Below, piece by piece: positions 18,156 to 27,883 of a DNA stretch of 64,000 nucleotides. A program made the position numbers and the translations under genes. Below the pieces are notes generated by a model. It saw only the letters and a list, made by a program, of their open reading frames with translations, made no database searches and was not told the origin of the DNA. Each line of letters opens with the position of its first letter. The first letter of the stretch is position 1. The DNA is from a virus. Taxonomy: Duplodnaviria; Caudoviricetes. Location: the IMG/VR virus record IMGVR_UViG_2889049205_000001, positions 164,842 to 228,841 of that record. One strand, 5' to 3'.

Positions 18156-19286
18156 TTACTCCTTCGTCAGCTTTACCGTGTTTGTGGCTCCATCCCATTT
18201 GATGTTCAGGCCAAGAATTGCTGCAACCTCTCTCGTATGGGCGTACCCGACTTCCTGGTAGACGAAGGTCGTTTGAAGTGCAGTGCCATTCAAGCTGGAC
18301 AAGAGTGTTTCTTGATCCCAACCGACCGTTGCCCCTGCAGCATCGCCGGCATCACGGACGGCCACATACGAATTGCTATTGGCTTGCCGGATGAACCCCT
18401 TGACGGTCTTGCCCCCAATGACGACATTGCACTCGTGGACGATTTCATCGAAACCGACAGCGGAATCTTTGCCGCCCCATTTGACGTTCAATCCAAGAGC
18501 TGCAGCCACCTCGGTGGATTTGGCATAGCCTACGCCATTGATAACGAATGAGCTGTCCATCACCTTGCTGTTCAAGATTCCTTTGTTCAGTTTCGGATCC
18601 CAGTTTACGGAAGTCCGGCTGCGCTCAGCGATCGCACGAAGCGGTGTGTACGAATCAGTTCCTCGGGAGATACCTTTCTCTGCCAGCGCCGTTCCGTTGT
18701 ATTTCACATCGATGCGGTATTCACTCGGCGCAATTACCGGATGTAGACGGGCATTGACTTCTTTCTTGAACCGTTCGTATTCACTCGGTTTCTGCACCCA
18801 TGGCAGCGGACAGTCTTTCCAGCCGACAACGCCTTTGTGTGTCCAGATCTCGCTTTCCGGAAACGCATAAGTCGTGATCAAGTAAGCAGCCAGATCTGCA
18901 GCATTTTGGAAGGTTTCCTCGTGGATACTGCCGTCTTTTTCGATGCACATCTCGATCCCGATCGTACTGTTGTTCGGATAGCTTCCCAGATGATTCAGCG
19001 CTTCGGCCGTGTACGTTTTCGAGCCGCAGTGATAGGCCATCTCGTAGTCTGGAATGACACGATAGATAGACTTCCGATCGACGCTGTATTGAGCACTCGC
19101 ATAGGTGTCATCATCGCTGTCATTCTCGTGTTGGAACTGCAAGCCTGCGAAGTATTTGGCGATGTTCACGGCCGGGGCTCCTCTGGAAGCCGTATAGTGC
19201 ATGACCAGTCCTTTTCTCGCCTTCAGCTTGATGCCTGGTCTGGAGAACGGGTTAACGGGAATCATCATTTCTGTGATTGCTAACAT
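18156..19286 (-). CDS. N-acetylmuramoyl-L-alanine amidase endolysin (Amidase_2 plus copper-amine-oxidase-like repeats)
   Basis: VMHYTA, AYHCG, TIGIEMC, THK..GWKDCP; repeats of YxPLRAIAE...V.WD. Confidence 0.9.
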   Translation of the reverse strand: MLAITEMMIPVNPFSRPGIKLKARKGLVMHYTASRGAPAVNIAKYFAGLQFQHENDSDDDTYASAQYSVDRKSIYRVIPDYEMAYHCGSKTYTAEALNHLGSYPNNSTIGIEMCIEKDGSIHEETFQNAADLAAYLITTYAFPESEIWTHKGVVGWKDCPLPWVQKPSEYERFKKEVNARLHPVIAPSEYRIDVKYNGTALAEKGISRGTDSYTPLRAIAERSRTSVNWDPKLNKGILNSKVMDSSFVINGVGYAKSTEVAAALGLNVKWGGKDSAVGFDEIVHECNVVIGGKTVKGFIRQANSNSYVAVRDAGDAAGATVGWDQETLLSSLNGTALQTTFVYQEVGYAHTREVAAILGLNIKWDGATNTVKLTKE

Positions 19287-19311
19287 GTCTTCACCTCGTT
19301 GTTTTATTTTT

Positions 19312-19327
19312 GTGTAATGCATTACAC
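19312..19327. promoter_or_regulatory. Palindromic operator GTGTAATGCATTACAC at the endolysin promoter
   Basis: Perfect palindrome just downstream of a - strand TGaTATACT. Confidence 0.75.
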
Positions 19328-19360
19328 TATGAAAAGTATATCACAGTATTTCTCTTGTTT

Positions 19361-19789
19361 TCATCCATTATTTGAGAGATGTCTCATGCTCTCGAATATG
19401 AATGATCCCTCGACGGTCATCGGATCGTCCGGCCCGTTTAATCGAACCTGATAGCTGACAAGGTATGCCTTCTGCAGAAGCTCATCGCCGAAGTGGATAT
19501 TTACGCAAGGAGTGCTGGTCATGTACATAAAGAACCGATTGCAGGCTTCGTTATTGGGGAATGCGATCGCAAGTTCTGCTTGTCCCGTATAGGATGCAGC
19601 CATATAGGATCCGTCCTGCAGCTCCGTGCCTCCGGCACCGAATGTCGTGGACAATAGTCGAGCGGAGATTGGGATCTCAAGGTCAAAAGCGACGCTCGTT
19701 ATTTTACCAGGCAAGTGGCCATAGGGCCGCTGCACCCGCCAGACGACTGGATCTCCATGAAGCCGGCAATATGCTTTAACGAGCTCCAT
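19361..19789 (-). CDS. MELVKAY-tagged protein, possibly tail-tube-like body
   Basis: N-terminal tag; C-terminus AYLVSYQVRLNGPDDPMTVEGSFIFE. Confidence 0.65.
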   Translation of the reverse strand: MELVKAYCRLHGDPVVWRVQRPYGHLPGKITSVAFDLEIPISARLLSTTFGAGGTELQDGSYMAASYTGQAELAIAFPNNEACNRFFMYMTSTPCVNIHFGDELLQKAYLVSYQVRLNGPDDPMTVEGSFIFESMRHLSNNG

Positions 19790-19791
19790 GG

Positions 19792-20142
19792 CTACTCCGG
19801 AAGCGGATCGACGAGGAAACTGTACTGCATATCATCGCCGTCCAAGAAAAAAGTCATCGAAAGGATTCTGAATGGTAGCTCCTTTTGAAGTCCATTATCC
19901 AAGAGGAGGACAGCCAATCGCTTGCTCCAATTCTCGGTCTTGCCGCTGTGCATTTGCTTGTGGACCCACTCCTCGACACGGACAATAGCTCTGAACCTGG
20001 TACCAGTGAAATTGTGATCCCGCTTGAAGCTAACGAGCTTACAAAATTCCTCGTTGATTTGCTGCACGTTATCGCTCTTGTCCGTGATCCAGAGTCGGCA
20101 GCGGACGAATGTGCTTTCCAGGTACTTCTCCGTCATCTCCAT
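19792..20142 (-). CDS. MEMTEKY-tagged hypothetical protein
   Basis: GGGGGTG RBS; tag. Confidence 0.65.
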   Translation of the reverse strand: MEMTEKYLESTFVRCRLWITDKSDNVQQINEEFCKLVSFKRDHNFTGTRFRAIVRVEEWVHKQMHSGKTENWSKRLAVLLLDNGLQKELPFRILSMTFFLDGDDMQYSFLVDPLPE

Positions 20143-20148
20143 GGTGCG

Positions 20149-20433
20149 TCACCCCCGCTTCGAGCGGATCAGATTGTCGGCGAGCATCATCAGGTAGTTC
20201 TGTGCATGCGTGATATCTTCGATGACCATATCGATTGCCGAGTCCTCTGGTGCCACATTCAGGTAATTAAGGCCGTCCTTTACTTCCTCTACTTTCTTAT
20301 GGAAGCCTGCGAACAGGTACTCAGAGGTCTCCCCCTCCCATCCACCTTTCCAGACATGGATCTGCAGCTGCTCCTCCATTCTAGTGGTGTTGGCTGCAAG
20401 GGCTGGGCGAATGGTCATGTTCTCGTTTTGCAT
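20149..20433 (-). CDS. Hypothetical protein
   Basis: GGAGGT RBS. Confidence 0.65.
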   Translation of the reverse strand: MQNENMTIRPALAANTTRMEEQLQIHVWKGGWEGETSEYLFAGFHKKVEEVKDGLNYLNVAPEDSAIDMVIEDITHAQNYLMMLADNLIRSKRG

Positions 20434-20438
20434 GAATG

Positions 20439-20870
20439 TTACCTCCAGGGTCTCATCGAAAGGCCGGTTCTGCCATCTTGAGTGTTGTAGTTAAAGACAA
20501 TTTTTTTGAACGAAAATTTACGTAAGGAAAACGGAAGCGGCCCGTTGTCCATGTTTATTCTCAGCTGCAATGGCATAAGGCGTTTCAACACGCAGCTCTC
20601 AAATCGATATATGAAGCCGCCCTTTCTGAAGAAAAGCTCGAAAGGTGTCTTTTGATTCAGGCAGCGTCGCACAAACTCATCTTCATGCTCGACGTTGGTG
20701 AAACCGGCAGCAACAGAGGCTTCTCCCTTATTCCGATCGTCGCTATGTTCACGCACCCACATCTCGAGCTCCATGTCGAAGCCGGATATGGTTATCGTTG
20801 CACGGGTAAAGCCATGTTTATCAATGGCGTTCTTGGCCACAAGATCAATATAGTTGGCGATCATCTCCAT
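20439..20870 (-). CDS. MEMIANY-tagged protein, possibly tail-tube-like body
   Basis: GGAGGTG RBS; TAATG coupling to the dnaE stop. Confidence 0.65.
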   Translation of the reverse strand: MEMIANYIDLVAKNAIDKHGFTRATITISGFDMELEMWVREHSDDRNKGEASVAAGFTNVEHEDEFVRRCLNQKTPFELFFRKGGFIYRFESCVLKRLMPLQLRINMDNGPLPFSLRKFSFKKIVFNYNTQDGRTGLSMRPWR

Positions 20871-23800
20871 TAGGCGATGTCCACCTCCCACTTCTCGTTG
20901 TCCCTGGTCATGATTGTCAGTGAGTCGCAGACCAAATCATCCTTCTGTTTCTTGCCGACCACTTGTACTTTGATGTTTTCCCGCAGCGCATCCCCATGCT
21001 TATTGATGATCTTTGAGAACACAACAACCTTGCGGACATCCTCCGCTGTGTTAATCCACATCTCAGCGTACTTGTTCCCTTTTTTGGAGGTCAGCACGTC
21101 GTATTTGAAGACAACGCCGGTCATATGGACATCCGTTTTACCTTCCGGAATTTGATCCCATCTGGACTTGATCGTAACTGATGTGCCAAGGAGCTCCCGC
21201 TCGTAATCGAGGATGTGCTTCTTGTTTGTCTGCGCCGAGATTTCTTCCCACTTCTTGTCGCCCTTTGACTGCAGGAACGTCCGCAGCAGCTGGTTGCGTC
21301 CCTTGTTAATGGAATCGAAAGCGCCAACCTTGATTAGGTTAACGACCTTGGTCTTGTTGACCTTCACGCCGTTTGTGAGGAACACGAGCGCTTCAACCGA
21401 TTCATATGGTCGCTTGCTAATGATCTCCTCCACCGTGTCCGAGCTGATGCCGGCAATACTGGCCAGACCATACCGGATGTAACCGATGCTGTCGTCACCG
21501 AAATCAATGTTCTCTTTACGCTCCGGTGTCCAGGAGGCATTTGAGCGGTTGATGTCCGGCGGCAGGATCTTGATCTTCATCTCTTCGCATTCCTTCATGT
21601 AGATGACGTTCTTAGGAATGTTCTCCTTCTTCTTGCCCTCAGAAATGGTCATTAGAGCGGCCATAAACTCAACAGGGTAGTAAGTCTTCAGCCACGCCGT
21701 TTGAATCGATAGCTTGGCGTAGCAGGCGCTGTGCGCTAGGTTAAAGCAGTAGTCGCCAAACTTTACCCAGTCAGCTTTGATTTTCAGCAGCGCTTCCTCA
21801 GAGAAGCCACGATTTACGGCGCCTTCCAGGTGCGGAACCTTCATGTATTCCGGATCGTACTTGATAATAATTTCGGATGGCACGTCGTCTTTATTGGCAT
21901 AACTGGCAACGATCTCTGCGACCTTAGCACGGTCTTGCTTGTACCATTCGCTACCGTAGATCATAAGATCGATCCATTTGCTCATGATGTCGTGCTTCTT
22001 CTTTGAAATCCCTTTACGCAGAATGTTTGACTGGCCACGGGTGAATCCTCCGAGTCGAATCGAGGCCTTCATGATCTGCTCCTGGTACGTCCAAATGCCG
22101 AACGTATCCTTCAGGATCTCTTCAAGTTCCGGCACTGGATAGACAATGCGTTCACGGCCAAATTTGCGATTGATGTAGGACGGAATCAAGTCCATAGGGC
22201 CTGGCCGGCCAAGCGCCACGATGACGGAGATGTCATCAAAGCTGGATGGCCTCATCTCCTTGATAATCCCTTGATACAGATCGCTTTCGCATTGGAAAAT
22301 GCCAGCTAGGTTCAGGGCCTGGTACACATCTTGATAGACCTTCGGATCATTGAGATCGATATCGTCAATGTCTACTACGCCCCAGATGCCGGCATATTCC
22401 ATGGTCAGCTTGATGACATCGAGCGCATCAATTTTCAGGATATCGAATTTGACCAGCAATTTTTCGATCCATTCCATATCGAACATTGTCGTTTCAAGTG
22501 CATCTTTATCAAGCCGCAATGGGACACGCTTCGTAATCTTATCTGGTGACAGAACGATGCCGCCGGCATGTGTTCCGACATGATCGATGTGCCCCTCGAG
22601 TTTTCTGGCAGCCTTCCACCAATCCGGGTACTGATCAGCATAAACCTTAACCATTGGCGTATTGACGTCATTGTAGGCCTGCTCGAGCATCGACCGCTTA
22701 TCGCTGTACGTGACCAGCGCACGTTCGGATATCGATTTGGCGAATCCATCTTGTGTATCCAAGTCAAAGCCGAGTGTCTTACCGACTTTCCGAATAGCGG
22801 AGCGAGCTGCCAGTGTGCCGATCGTACCGATTTGCGCCACACGATCGATACCATATTTTTCTTTAAGATACATCTGCACGGCACGGGCGCCGGCATAAGA
22901 GAAGTCAATGTCGATGTCCGGATATTCCGCCCGTTCTGGATCGAGGAAACGCTCGAACATCAGATTGTGCTTGATCGGATCCAGCGTGGTGATCTGAATG
23001 CAATAGCAGACGAGTGAACCGGCGGCGGAGCCACGTCCTGGTCCAACGAGGTATCCGTTGTTCTTCGCCCACTGGATGAAGTCGGCAACGATTAGGTGAT
23101 AATCGGCAAAGCCGAGTTTATTAATGACCCCAAGCTCATATTTGAGCTGCTGGGAGTATCGTTCAATTTGAGCTGAAACATCAGCGTACTTCATGGCCTT
23201 TTGGAACAAGCCGTTCCAGGCCATCTTCTCAAGAAGCTGCTCGCTTGTCTCATCCCCATTGATCGGATAACGTGGCAGCAGCGGCTTGTCAGGCAGTGAG
23301 ACATTGACGAGCTCAGCGATCTTGTATGTATTGGCGATCGCTTCTTCATCATTCCAATTCTCACGGATCTCTTCTTCGGACTTCATCCAGAACTCATGCG
23401 CATACCGCATCCGGTCTTCATCGTGGATGCATTTACCGGTCGAGGAAGCCACAAGAATATCATGAATATCATAATCGTCTTTTTGTGCGTAATGCACATC
23501 AGTCGTGAGGATCTTCGGCGTATTGGTTTCAATAGCGAGTTGATCCAGCAGGGCGTTCAGCCGCACCTGGTCAGGGATCATTGTTGCTTGTTTTTCGAGG
23601 TAGAACGAGTGAAACGTTTCTTTGCATTCCTGAATGAACGCTTTAGCTTCATCCATCCTTCCTGCGAGAGCAAGACGGCTAAGCCAACTACCCAAACAAG
23701 CAGAAGTAGCAATAATATTGGCCCCAAGATTATGGCTGCGAATGAAAGAAAGATCAGTGCGAGGGTCAGAATAAAAGCCATTGATATGAGCATCGGAAAC

Positions 23801-24340
23801 AATTTCATACAGGTCCTCCAGCCCTTGATTGTTTACGGCAATCAAGACGAGATGATAGTTGTCATACAAGAGATAATCATAGATTTCTTCACGGAACTCA
23901 GCGATCTTCTGCTCGTCAGCCGTCTTGCCCTGGTGAATCGTGAATAGGTCCTCCTGGACATTCATGATCCAATCCATCAGCAGCGTGCGAGCTTCGGTTT
24001 CGAAGTCCTGCGGATTACGTTCGATATGTCGAATGAACTGCTTCAAGGGCTTGTCCTTCAGATTATATTTCTCCAAGAGTGCTGTGCGCTTCTCTTTGAG
24101 AAACTCCCCTTTAAGAAGACGATCCTTGGTCATGTATGCTTCACAACCAGGGATCGGTTTAATGCCTTGTTTGAGGCAAGAAGATATAAAATCGGGAATG
24201 GCCCCACACACACCGTGGTCGGTAATTGCCAGCGCAGGGCTTCCGATTTCTTTTGCTCGTTCGACCAGTTCATGCACTTGCGATAAGCCATCCAATGCAG
24301 AATGTTCGCTATGCACATGCAGATGAACGTGTATACACAT
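20870..24340 (-). CDS. dnaE: DNA polymerase III alpha subunit (DnaE-type)
   Basis: HLHVHSEHS.LDG PHP domain; GPGRGSAAGS; PDIDID; KFDIL; FNLAHSACYA. Confidence 0.95.
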   Translation of the reverse strand: MCIHVHLHVHSEHSALDGLSQVHELVERAKEIGSPALAITDHGVCGAIPDFISSCLKQGIKPIPGCEAYMTKDRLLKGEFLKEKRTALLEKYNLKDKPLKQFIRHIERNPQDFETEARTLLMDWIMNVQEDLFTIHQGKTADEQKIAEFREEIYDYLLYDNYHLVLIAVNNQGLEDLYEIVSDAHINGFYSDPRTDLSFIRSHNLGANIIATSACLGSWLSRLALAGRMDEAKAFIQECKETFHSFYLEKQATMIPDQVRLNALLDQLAIETNTPKILTTDVHYAQKDDYDIHDILVASSTGKCIHDEDRMRYAHEFWMKSEEEIRENWNDEEAIANTYKIAELVNVSLPDKPLLPRYPINGDETSEQLLEKMAWNGLFQKAMKYADVSAQIERYSQQLKYELGVINKLGFADYHLIVADFIQWAKNNGYLVGPGRGSAAGSLVCYCIQITTLDPIKHNLMFERFLDPERAEYPDIDIDFSYAGARAVQMYLKEKYGIDRVAQIGTIGTLAARSAIRKVGKTLGFDLDTQDGFAKSISERALVTYSDKRSMLEQAYNDVNTPMVKVYADQYPDWWKAARKLEGHIDHVGTHAGGIVLSPDKITKRVPLRLDKDALETTMFDMEWIEKLLVKFDILKIDALDVIKLTMEYAGIWGVVDIDDIDLNDPKVYQDVYQALNLAGIFQCESDLYQGIIKEMRPSSFDDISVIVALGRPGPMDLIPSYINRKFGRERIVYPVPELEEILKDTFGIWTYQEQIMKASIRLGGFTRGQSNILRKGISKKKHDIMSKWIDLMIYGSEWYKQDRAKVAEIVASYANKDDVPSEIIIKYDPEYMKVPHLEGAVNRGFSEEALLKIKADWVKFGDYCFNLAHSACYAKLSIQTAWLKTYYPVEFMAALMTISEGKKKENIPKNVIYMKECEEMKIKILPPDINRSNASWTPERKENIDFGDDSIGYIRYGLASIAGISSDTVEEIISKRPYESVEALVFLTNGVKVNKTKVVNLIKVGAFDSINKGRNQLLRTFLQSKGDKKWEEISAQTNKKHILDYERELLGTSVTIKSRWDQIPEGKTDVHMTGVVFKYDVLTSKKGNKYAEMWINTAEDVRKVVVFSKIINKHGDALRENIKVQVVGKKQKDDLVCDSLTIMTRDNEKWEVDIA

Positions 24341-24352
24341 GAAAGCCAACCC

Positions 24353-24691
24353 CTATTCTTCCGACGAACCTCCACCGATTACTTCAAGTCCAGGCACCAT
24401 CAAAGGTGCTGCAATAATCCGGGCCGTATGTTCATCTCTCATTTTCTTGATGCGTGTTACGATCGTCGTAGCTTGTACAGCTGCACCCACCAAAAGAGTT
24501 TGGTTCAAGCTGGACGTGACAATGACGGAGCGGGTTTTCTTTCCCTGCGTAAGGTCGATGAAGCGGCCGGAGTCCTTCGCCTCTTTCATCAGGCGCTTGA
24601 TCGGAGAAGAATCCGGGCGGCTGATCGTGATGATTTTTTCGACCTCTACAAAATTATTAAATCCAACGTCTACGAACATTCCATATTCCAC
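24353..24691 (-). CDS. RemA/DUF370-family protein
   Basis: VGFNNFV..II.I..PDSSPIKRL...A..G..IDLT.G.KTRSVIV matches B. subtilis RemA. Confidence 0.8.
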   Translation of the reverse strand: MEYGMFVDVGFNNFVEVEKIITISRPDSSPIKRLMKEAKDSGRFIDLTQGKKTRSVIVTSSLNQTLLVGAAVQATTIVTRIKKMRDEHTARIIAAPLMVPGLEVIGGGSSEE

Positions 24692-25554
24692 CTTTGTGTG
24701 TATTGAGTAACCAGCTCATTTTTTCTCGTCACTTCTCGAACTAAGTCACCATTGGTGGAACCTTCAAGTACATCTGGAATCGGATCGCCCTGCTGGATGG
24801 CTGCGATAATTCGCAGCACGTCTTGGTAGATTTCGCTTCCCATATTGAATGGGATTGGATACCTCACAGCTCCATCTTGTCTCGTTGCACCGGCGTGACA
24901 GTAGATATTGTAAGGGCATTGCGCACACTTGTAGTTGCTCGGCGTATATCCTTTTTCAATCGCCGGCAGCCTGCGTTGTTGCGCCATTTCTATCAAGCGA
25001 TGAGCCTTGTTCATGAGTTGCTGACCCAGCGCCGGATCGTACTCCAGCTCGTATTCCCAGACCTCTTGGGTGTCTTTGTTTTCCACGAAGATGATTCCTT
25101 TTTTGATCCCGGTCAGGTGCATGTAGAACGTGAGCTGTGCTCGGTGTTCCTTCTTTGGTAAATTGTTCTTGACCATCCACTCAAAGCTTTTGCTGAATGC
25201 ACTTTTCAGCTCGACCAGGTAATCCTCTCCGTGAGGGTTTGCGAAGCTGCGTATTTTTACCCAAGCATCCGTGTGGCCGCTGATATTCTCCAGCTCAATC
25301 CTCATTTCCGCTTGAACCAAGATCCCCATATCCTCGAACATCTTTTCGTAACGATGGTGCATGCCGTGGCCGTTATCGAAGATCCGCATGAGCTGCGCAT
25401 CATTGGCCTCTTTGGGCACCATGATCATGTCGAAAACGATGCGCCGGTCACACATGCCGATTGTGCTTGGGTGAAGCTTGCCTCTCATCGGCCGGTTCCC
25501 GTCTTTTTGTGACTCATGATAGTAACTCTTGATCATCGGCTCCAGTACGCCCAT
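24670..25554 (-). CDS. Cas4-like PD-(D/E)XK exonuclease
   Basis: PSTIGMC, SGHTD, VELKS, QLTFY and CxxCxxxxxC Fe-S ligands. Confidence 0.8.
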   Translation of the reverse strand: MGVLEPMIKSYYHESQKDGNRPMRGKLHPSTIGMCDRRIVFDMIMVPKEANDAQLMRIFDNGHGMHHRYEKMFEDMGILVQAEMRIELENISGHTDAWVKIRSFANPHGEDYLVELKSAFSKSFEWMVKNNLPKKEHRAQLTFYMHLTGIKKGIIFVENKDTQEVWEYELEYDPALGQQLMNKAHRLIEMAQQRRLPAIEKGYTPSNYKCAQCPYNIYCHAGATRQDGAVRYPIPFNMGSEIYQDVLRIIAAIQQGDPIPDVLEGSTNGDLVREVTRKNELVTQYTQRWNMECS

Positions 25555-25571
25555 TCCATCATTCCCTTGAC

Positions 25572-25618
25572 GTAATGCATTACATATTTATTATACTGGT
25601 GAAAACAAGAGAAATCAA
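25572..25618 (-). promoter_or_regulatory. SigA promoter with operator GTAATGCATTAC at +1
   Basis: TTGATT-17-TATAAT followed by the palindrome. Confidence 0.7.
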
Positions 25619-25623
25619 GAGAA

Positions 25624-25866
25624 TCAAGGAGTTCCGATGAGATTATCTTGCTCTTTTGCGGCTTTCTTGAAGTTTGCGAATGTTTGGTTCGTGTGCAGGT
25701 CGATGGCCTGGTACATGGCCACTGGATAGAGCACGTTTTTGACCTGCAACGCCAGTCCGGATTCATGCATTTTGATCTCGTCTTGATCTACATTGCAGGG
25801 AGTGAAGAACAATTCGCCATTACGGGCAAGCGCACCAATACGTGTAACTCGATTCATCTTAGCCAT
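25624..25866 (-). CDS. Hypothetical protein
   Basis: GAGGAG RBS. Confidence 0.6.
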   Translation of the reverse strand: MAKMNRVTRIGALARNGELFFTPCNVDQDEIKMHESGLALQVKNVLYPVAMYQAIDLHTNQTFANFKKAAKEQDNLIGTP

Positions 25867-26681
25867 TTTATTTCTCCTCGCTTTCTCATGTCACGGAAAT
25901 GCTCCACCAGATCCCGCCGCACCTTTCCGATGTAAACCGGGTTATAGCCGATATCCCGTGCGATATCCTTGTCCTTGTAGCCACATTCATAATATTTGAC
26001 GAGCACCCGGCGCTGCATGTAAGACAGGTCCTTGAACAGATCCCCGTTACCATAGCCATTGAACCAGTTCTCATTGTTCAAATCATCCTGAATATCGGGG
26101 TCCAGCTGCAGCGGGTTCTCAATTGTATCCATAAGGGAATCAACAAACGGTACACGTTGTCCAGCCTGCATCATGTCAGAGTATGTAGAGCTGGAATCAC
26201 TGGCGTCGTACATTTTGGCATCGATATGATGCTTGAGGCGGTACCGGAAAGTTTTGTAGACGTATCGCTGGAATCCTGCGCCTTGATCAACATAATCTTT
26301 GGCGCAGCCAAGGAAGATCATGACGAGCTCATTGTACAAGTCGTCATACGGTATGAAGTCCTTTATCTCGGAGTCCCTATAGTCGAGCGGGATTCGTGCC
26401 CAATCGTAGTCCTCAAAGACTTTTACGATCAAAGAAAGCATCCGGTAGGCGGCGGCCCGTGCTTCTGCACTTTGATACTTGGGCCCACGCCGCAGGCTTT
26501 TCACATGCTCCGGATTGCGAATATAGCAAGACATGAACTGTCGGATGTCATAGTTTTCAAAATCAATATGTTTCTTCCGAAACAGCATGTAATATTTCAG
26601 TATGAAATACTTATAAGCTGCTACCAGGTCATCGGATTTACCCGACGCCTGGTAGGCTTTGATTAACTCGTCGCTCATCAA
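25854..26681 (-). CDS. Phage sigma-70-like factor
   Basis: DDLYNEL...F..Y...FRYRL (region 2) and LSYMQRRVLVKYY..GYKDKDIARDIG (region 4 HTH). Confidence 0.7.
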   Translation of the reverse strand: MMSDELIKAYQASGKSDDLVAAYKYFILKYYMLFRKKHIDFENYDIRQFMSCYIRNPEHVKSLRRGPKYQSAEARAAAYRMLSLIVKVFEDYDWARIPLDYRDSEIKDFIPYDDLYNELVMIFLGCAKDYVDQGAGFQRYVYKTFRYRLKHHIDAKMYDASDSSSTYSDMMQAGQRVPFVDSLMDTIENPLQLDPDIQDDLNNENWFNGYGNGDLFKDLSYMQRRVLVKYYECGYKDKDIARDIGYNPVYIGKVRRDLVEHFRDMRKRGEIKWLR

Positions 26682-27243
26682 CCATCATCTCCTGGCCATA
26701 TAGCCGCTGCTGCAGGATCTCGTCCTCATCAGCCTTGCGGTAAATGTAAAGCTCGAAGAATGGCTTTTCGCCCGGAGCGACCGTTTTGAAGTCCATGACC
26801 CTCGGCAGCGCAAAGTGGTCGTCATCGTAGATGATTTTATTCAATGCGTCCATCAGCAGCTTGAATACGTTATTCGTGTCCCGGTCCCGGCTCTCGTCAG
26901 GGAAGTGAGCGATCATCTCGACGACGATCTTCTCCTTCTCAGTCATCTGCCAGGCTGTGTCGTGCGCCCACATAGAGGCCAGTGCCTCCCACTTCTCTTT
27001 CAGCGCCTCAGCCGGCTTTGAGAGCCTGCGGCCGCCCTTGCCAGTATGAACGTAGATATGATTGACACTCGGGTATACCCCCGCATCGCCACTCTCTTCT
27101 TTATGAATGATCCAGACTTTTTCCTTGACGGAAGCCTCCTTGCCTTTGAGCATTTTCTTCACGGTATTGCCTTCGGCGTCCCGCTTCACTCTCACGCCTC
27201 GGAACTTGCCATACATCATCATTGGTAGCATTAACGGCTCCAT
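26638..27243 (-). CDS. rusA: RusA-family Holliday junction resolvase
   Basis: PSVNH.Y; RDTNNVFKLLMDAL..IIYDDD. Confidence 0.8.
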   Translation of the reverse strand: MEPLMLPMMMYGKFRGVRVKRDAEGNTVKKMLKGKEASVKEKVWIIHKEESGDAGVYPSVNHIYVHTGKGGRRLSKPAEALKEKWEALASMWAHDTAWQMTEKEKIVVEMIAHFPDESRDRDTNNVFKLLMDALNKIIYDDDHFALPRVMDFKTVAPGEKPFFELYIYRKADEDEILQQRLYGQEMMVDERRVNQSLPGVG

Positions 27244-27253
27244 GTCGATCCCC

Positions 27254-27703
27254 CTATCGCACAGTGATATTCATTTGTGGAATCAGGGCCATGGTGATCA
27301 CGACAGCCTCGCCAATGAATTGGCCGCCCGGCGCATAGCGCTTGGTGTAATTCATGTCTTTCGCAGCATACTGCTCGGAATTGATCTGGTACTCTTCTTT
27401 GGCGAATTTAAGCATCGTGGCTTCGATCAGTGCGTCACGGGTCAGGTTGACCATATCTTTCATGCGCAGCTCGTGCCAGTCGCTCTCCTCTTCTTCCAGC
27501 AGCTTGTTGATCGTGTCGCAGTATTCTTCATACGAGAGGCGGCATTTACTGCCAAGCTCGTCGAACTTGTCCGGCTCGAGGGTAAGCTCGATCGTCTTGA
27601 TTCCGCCCTCCTGCCGCTCGCTCAAGCTGACAAGCTTACTGTTTTGCTCCATCTCGTGGGTCTGGCTTTCCTTCATGAAATTCTTCTTTTTTCCGACCGA
27701 CAT
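27254..27703 (-). CDS. Hypothetical protein (start uncertain)
   Basis: AAGGAG RBS; long ORF. Confidence 0.55.
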   Translation of the reverse strand: MSVGKKKNFMKESQTHEMEQNSKLVSLSERQEGGIKTIELTLEPDKFDELGSKCRLSYEEYCDTINKLLEEEESDWHELRMKDMVNLTRDALIEATMLKFAKEEYQINSEQYAAKDMNYTKRYAPGGQFIGEAVVITMALIPQMNITVR

Positions 27704-27801
27704 CTTTCGCATCTCCTTTCTGTGCCAATCCTTCTTGTATGATCCCTTTTCCGAGATCCTCAACGATGTTTACCATCCGTTTCATTCGATCACCATCCCC
27801 C

Positions 27802-27819
27802 TGTGTAATGCATTACACA
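27802..27819. promoter_or_regulatory. Operator TGTGTAATGCATTACACA
   Basis: 18-bp perfect palindrome just after a - strand TGcTATAAT. Confidence 0.75.
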
Positions 27820-27883
27820 AAATCATTATAGCACATTATGGCAGAAAAAAAAGAGGGATTTCTCCCTCTAGCTCGTGAAATCT

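Noticed and set aside
19312-19327. Operator as CcpA cre site or B. subtilis parS
   Set aside because: Central dinucleotide is GC rather than CG; no match to TGTTNCACGTGAAACA.
24670-25554. CRISPR-Cas locus suggested by the Cas4-like gene
   Set aside because: No array or other cas genes; solo Cas4-like exonucleases are common in phages.
27636-27785. 49-aa ORF (MKRMVNIVEDLG...) possibly frameshift-joined to 27254-27703 at an A6 run
   Set aside because: Cannot distinguish a small gene, an error or noise without homologues.
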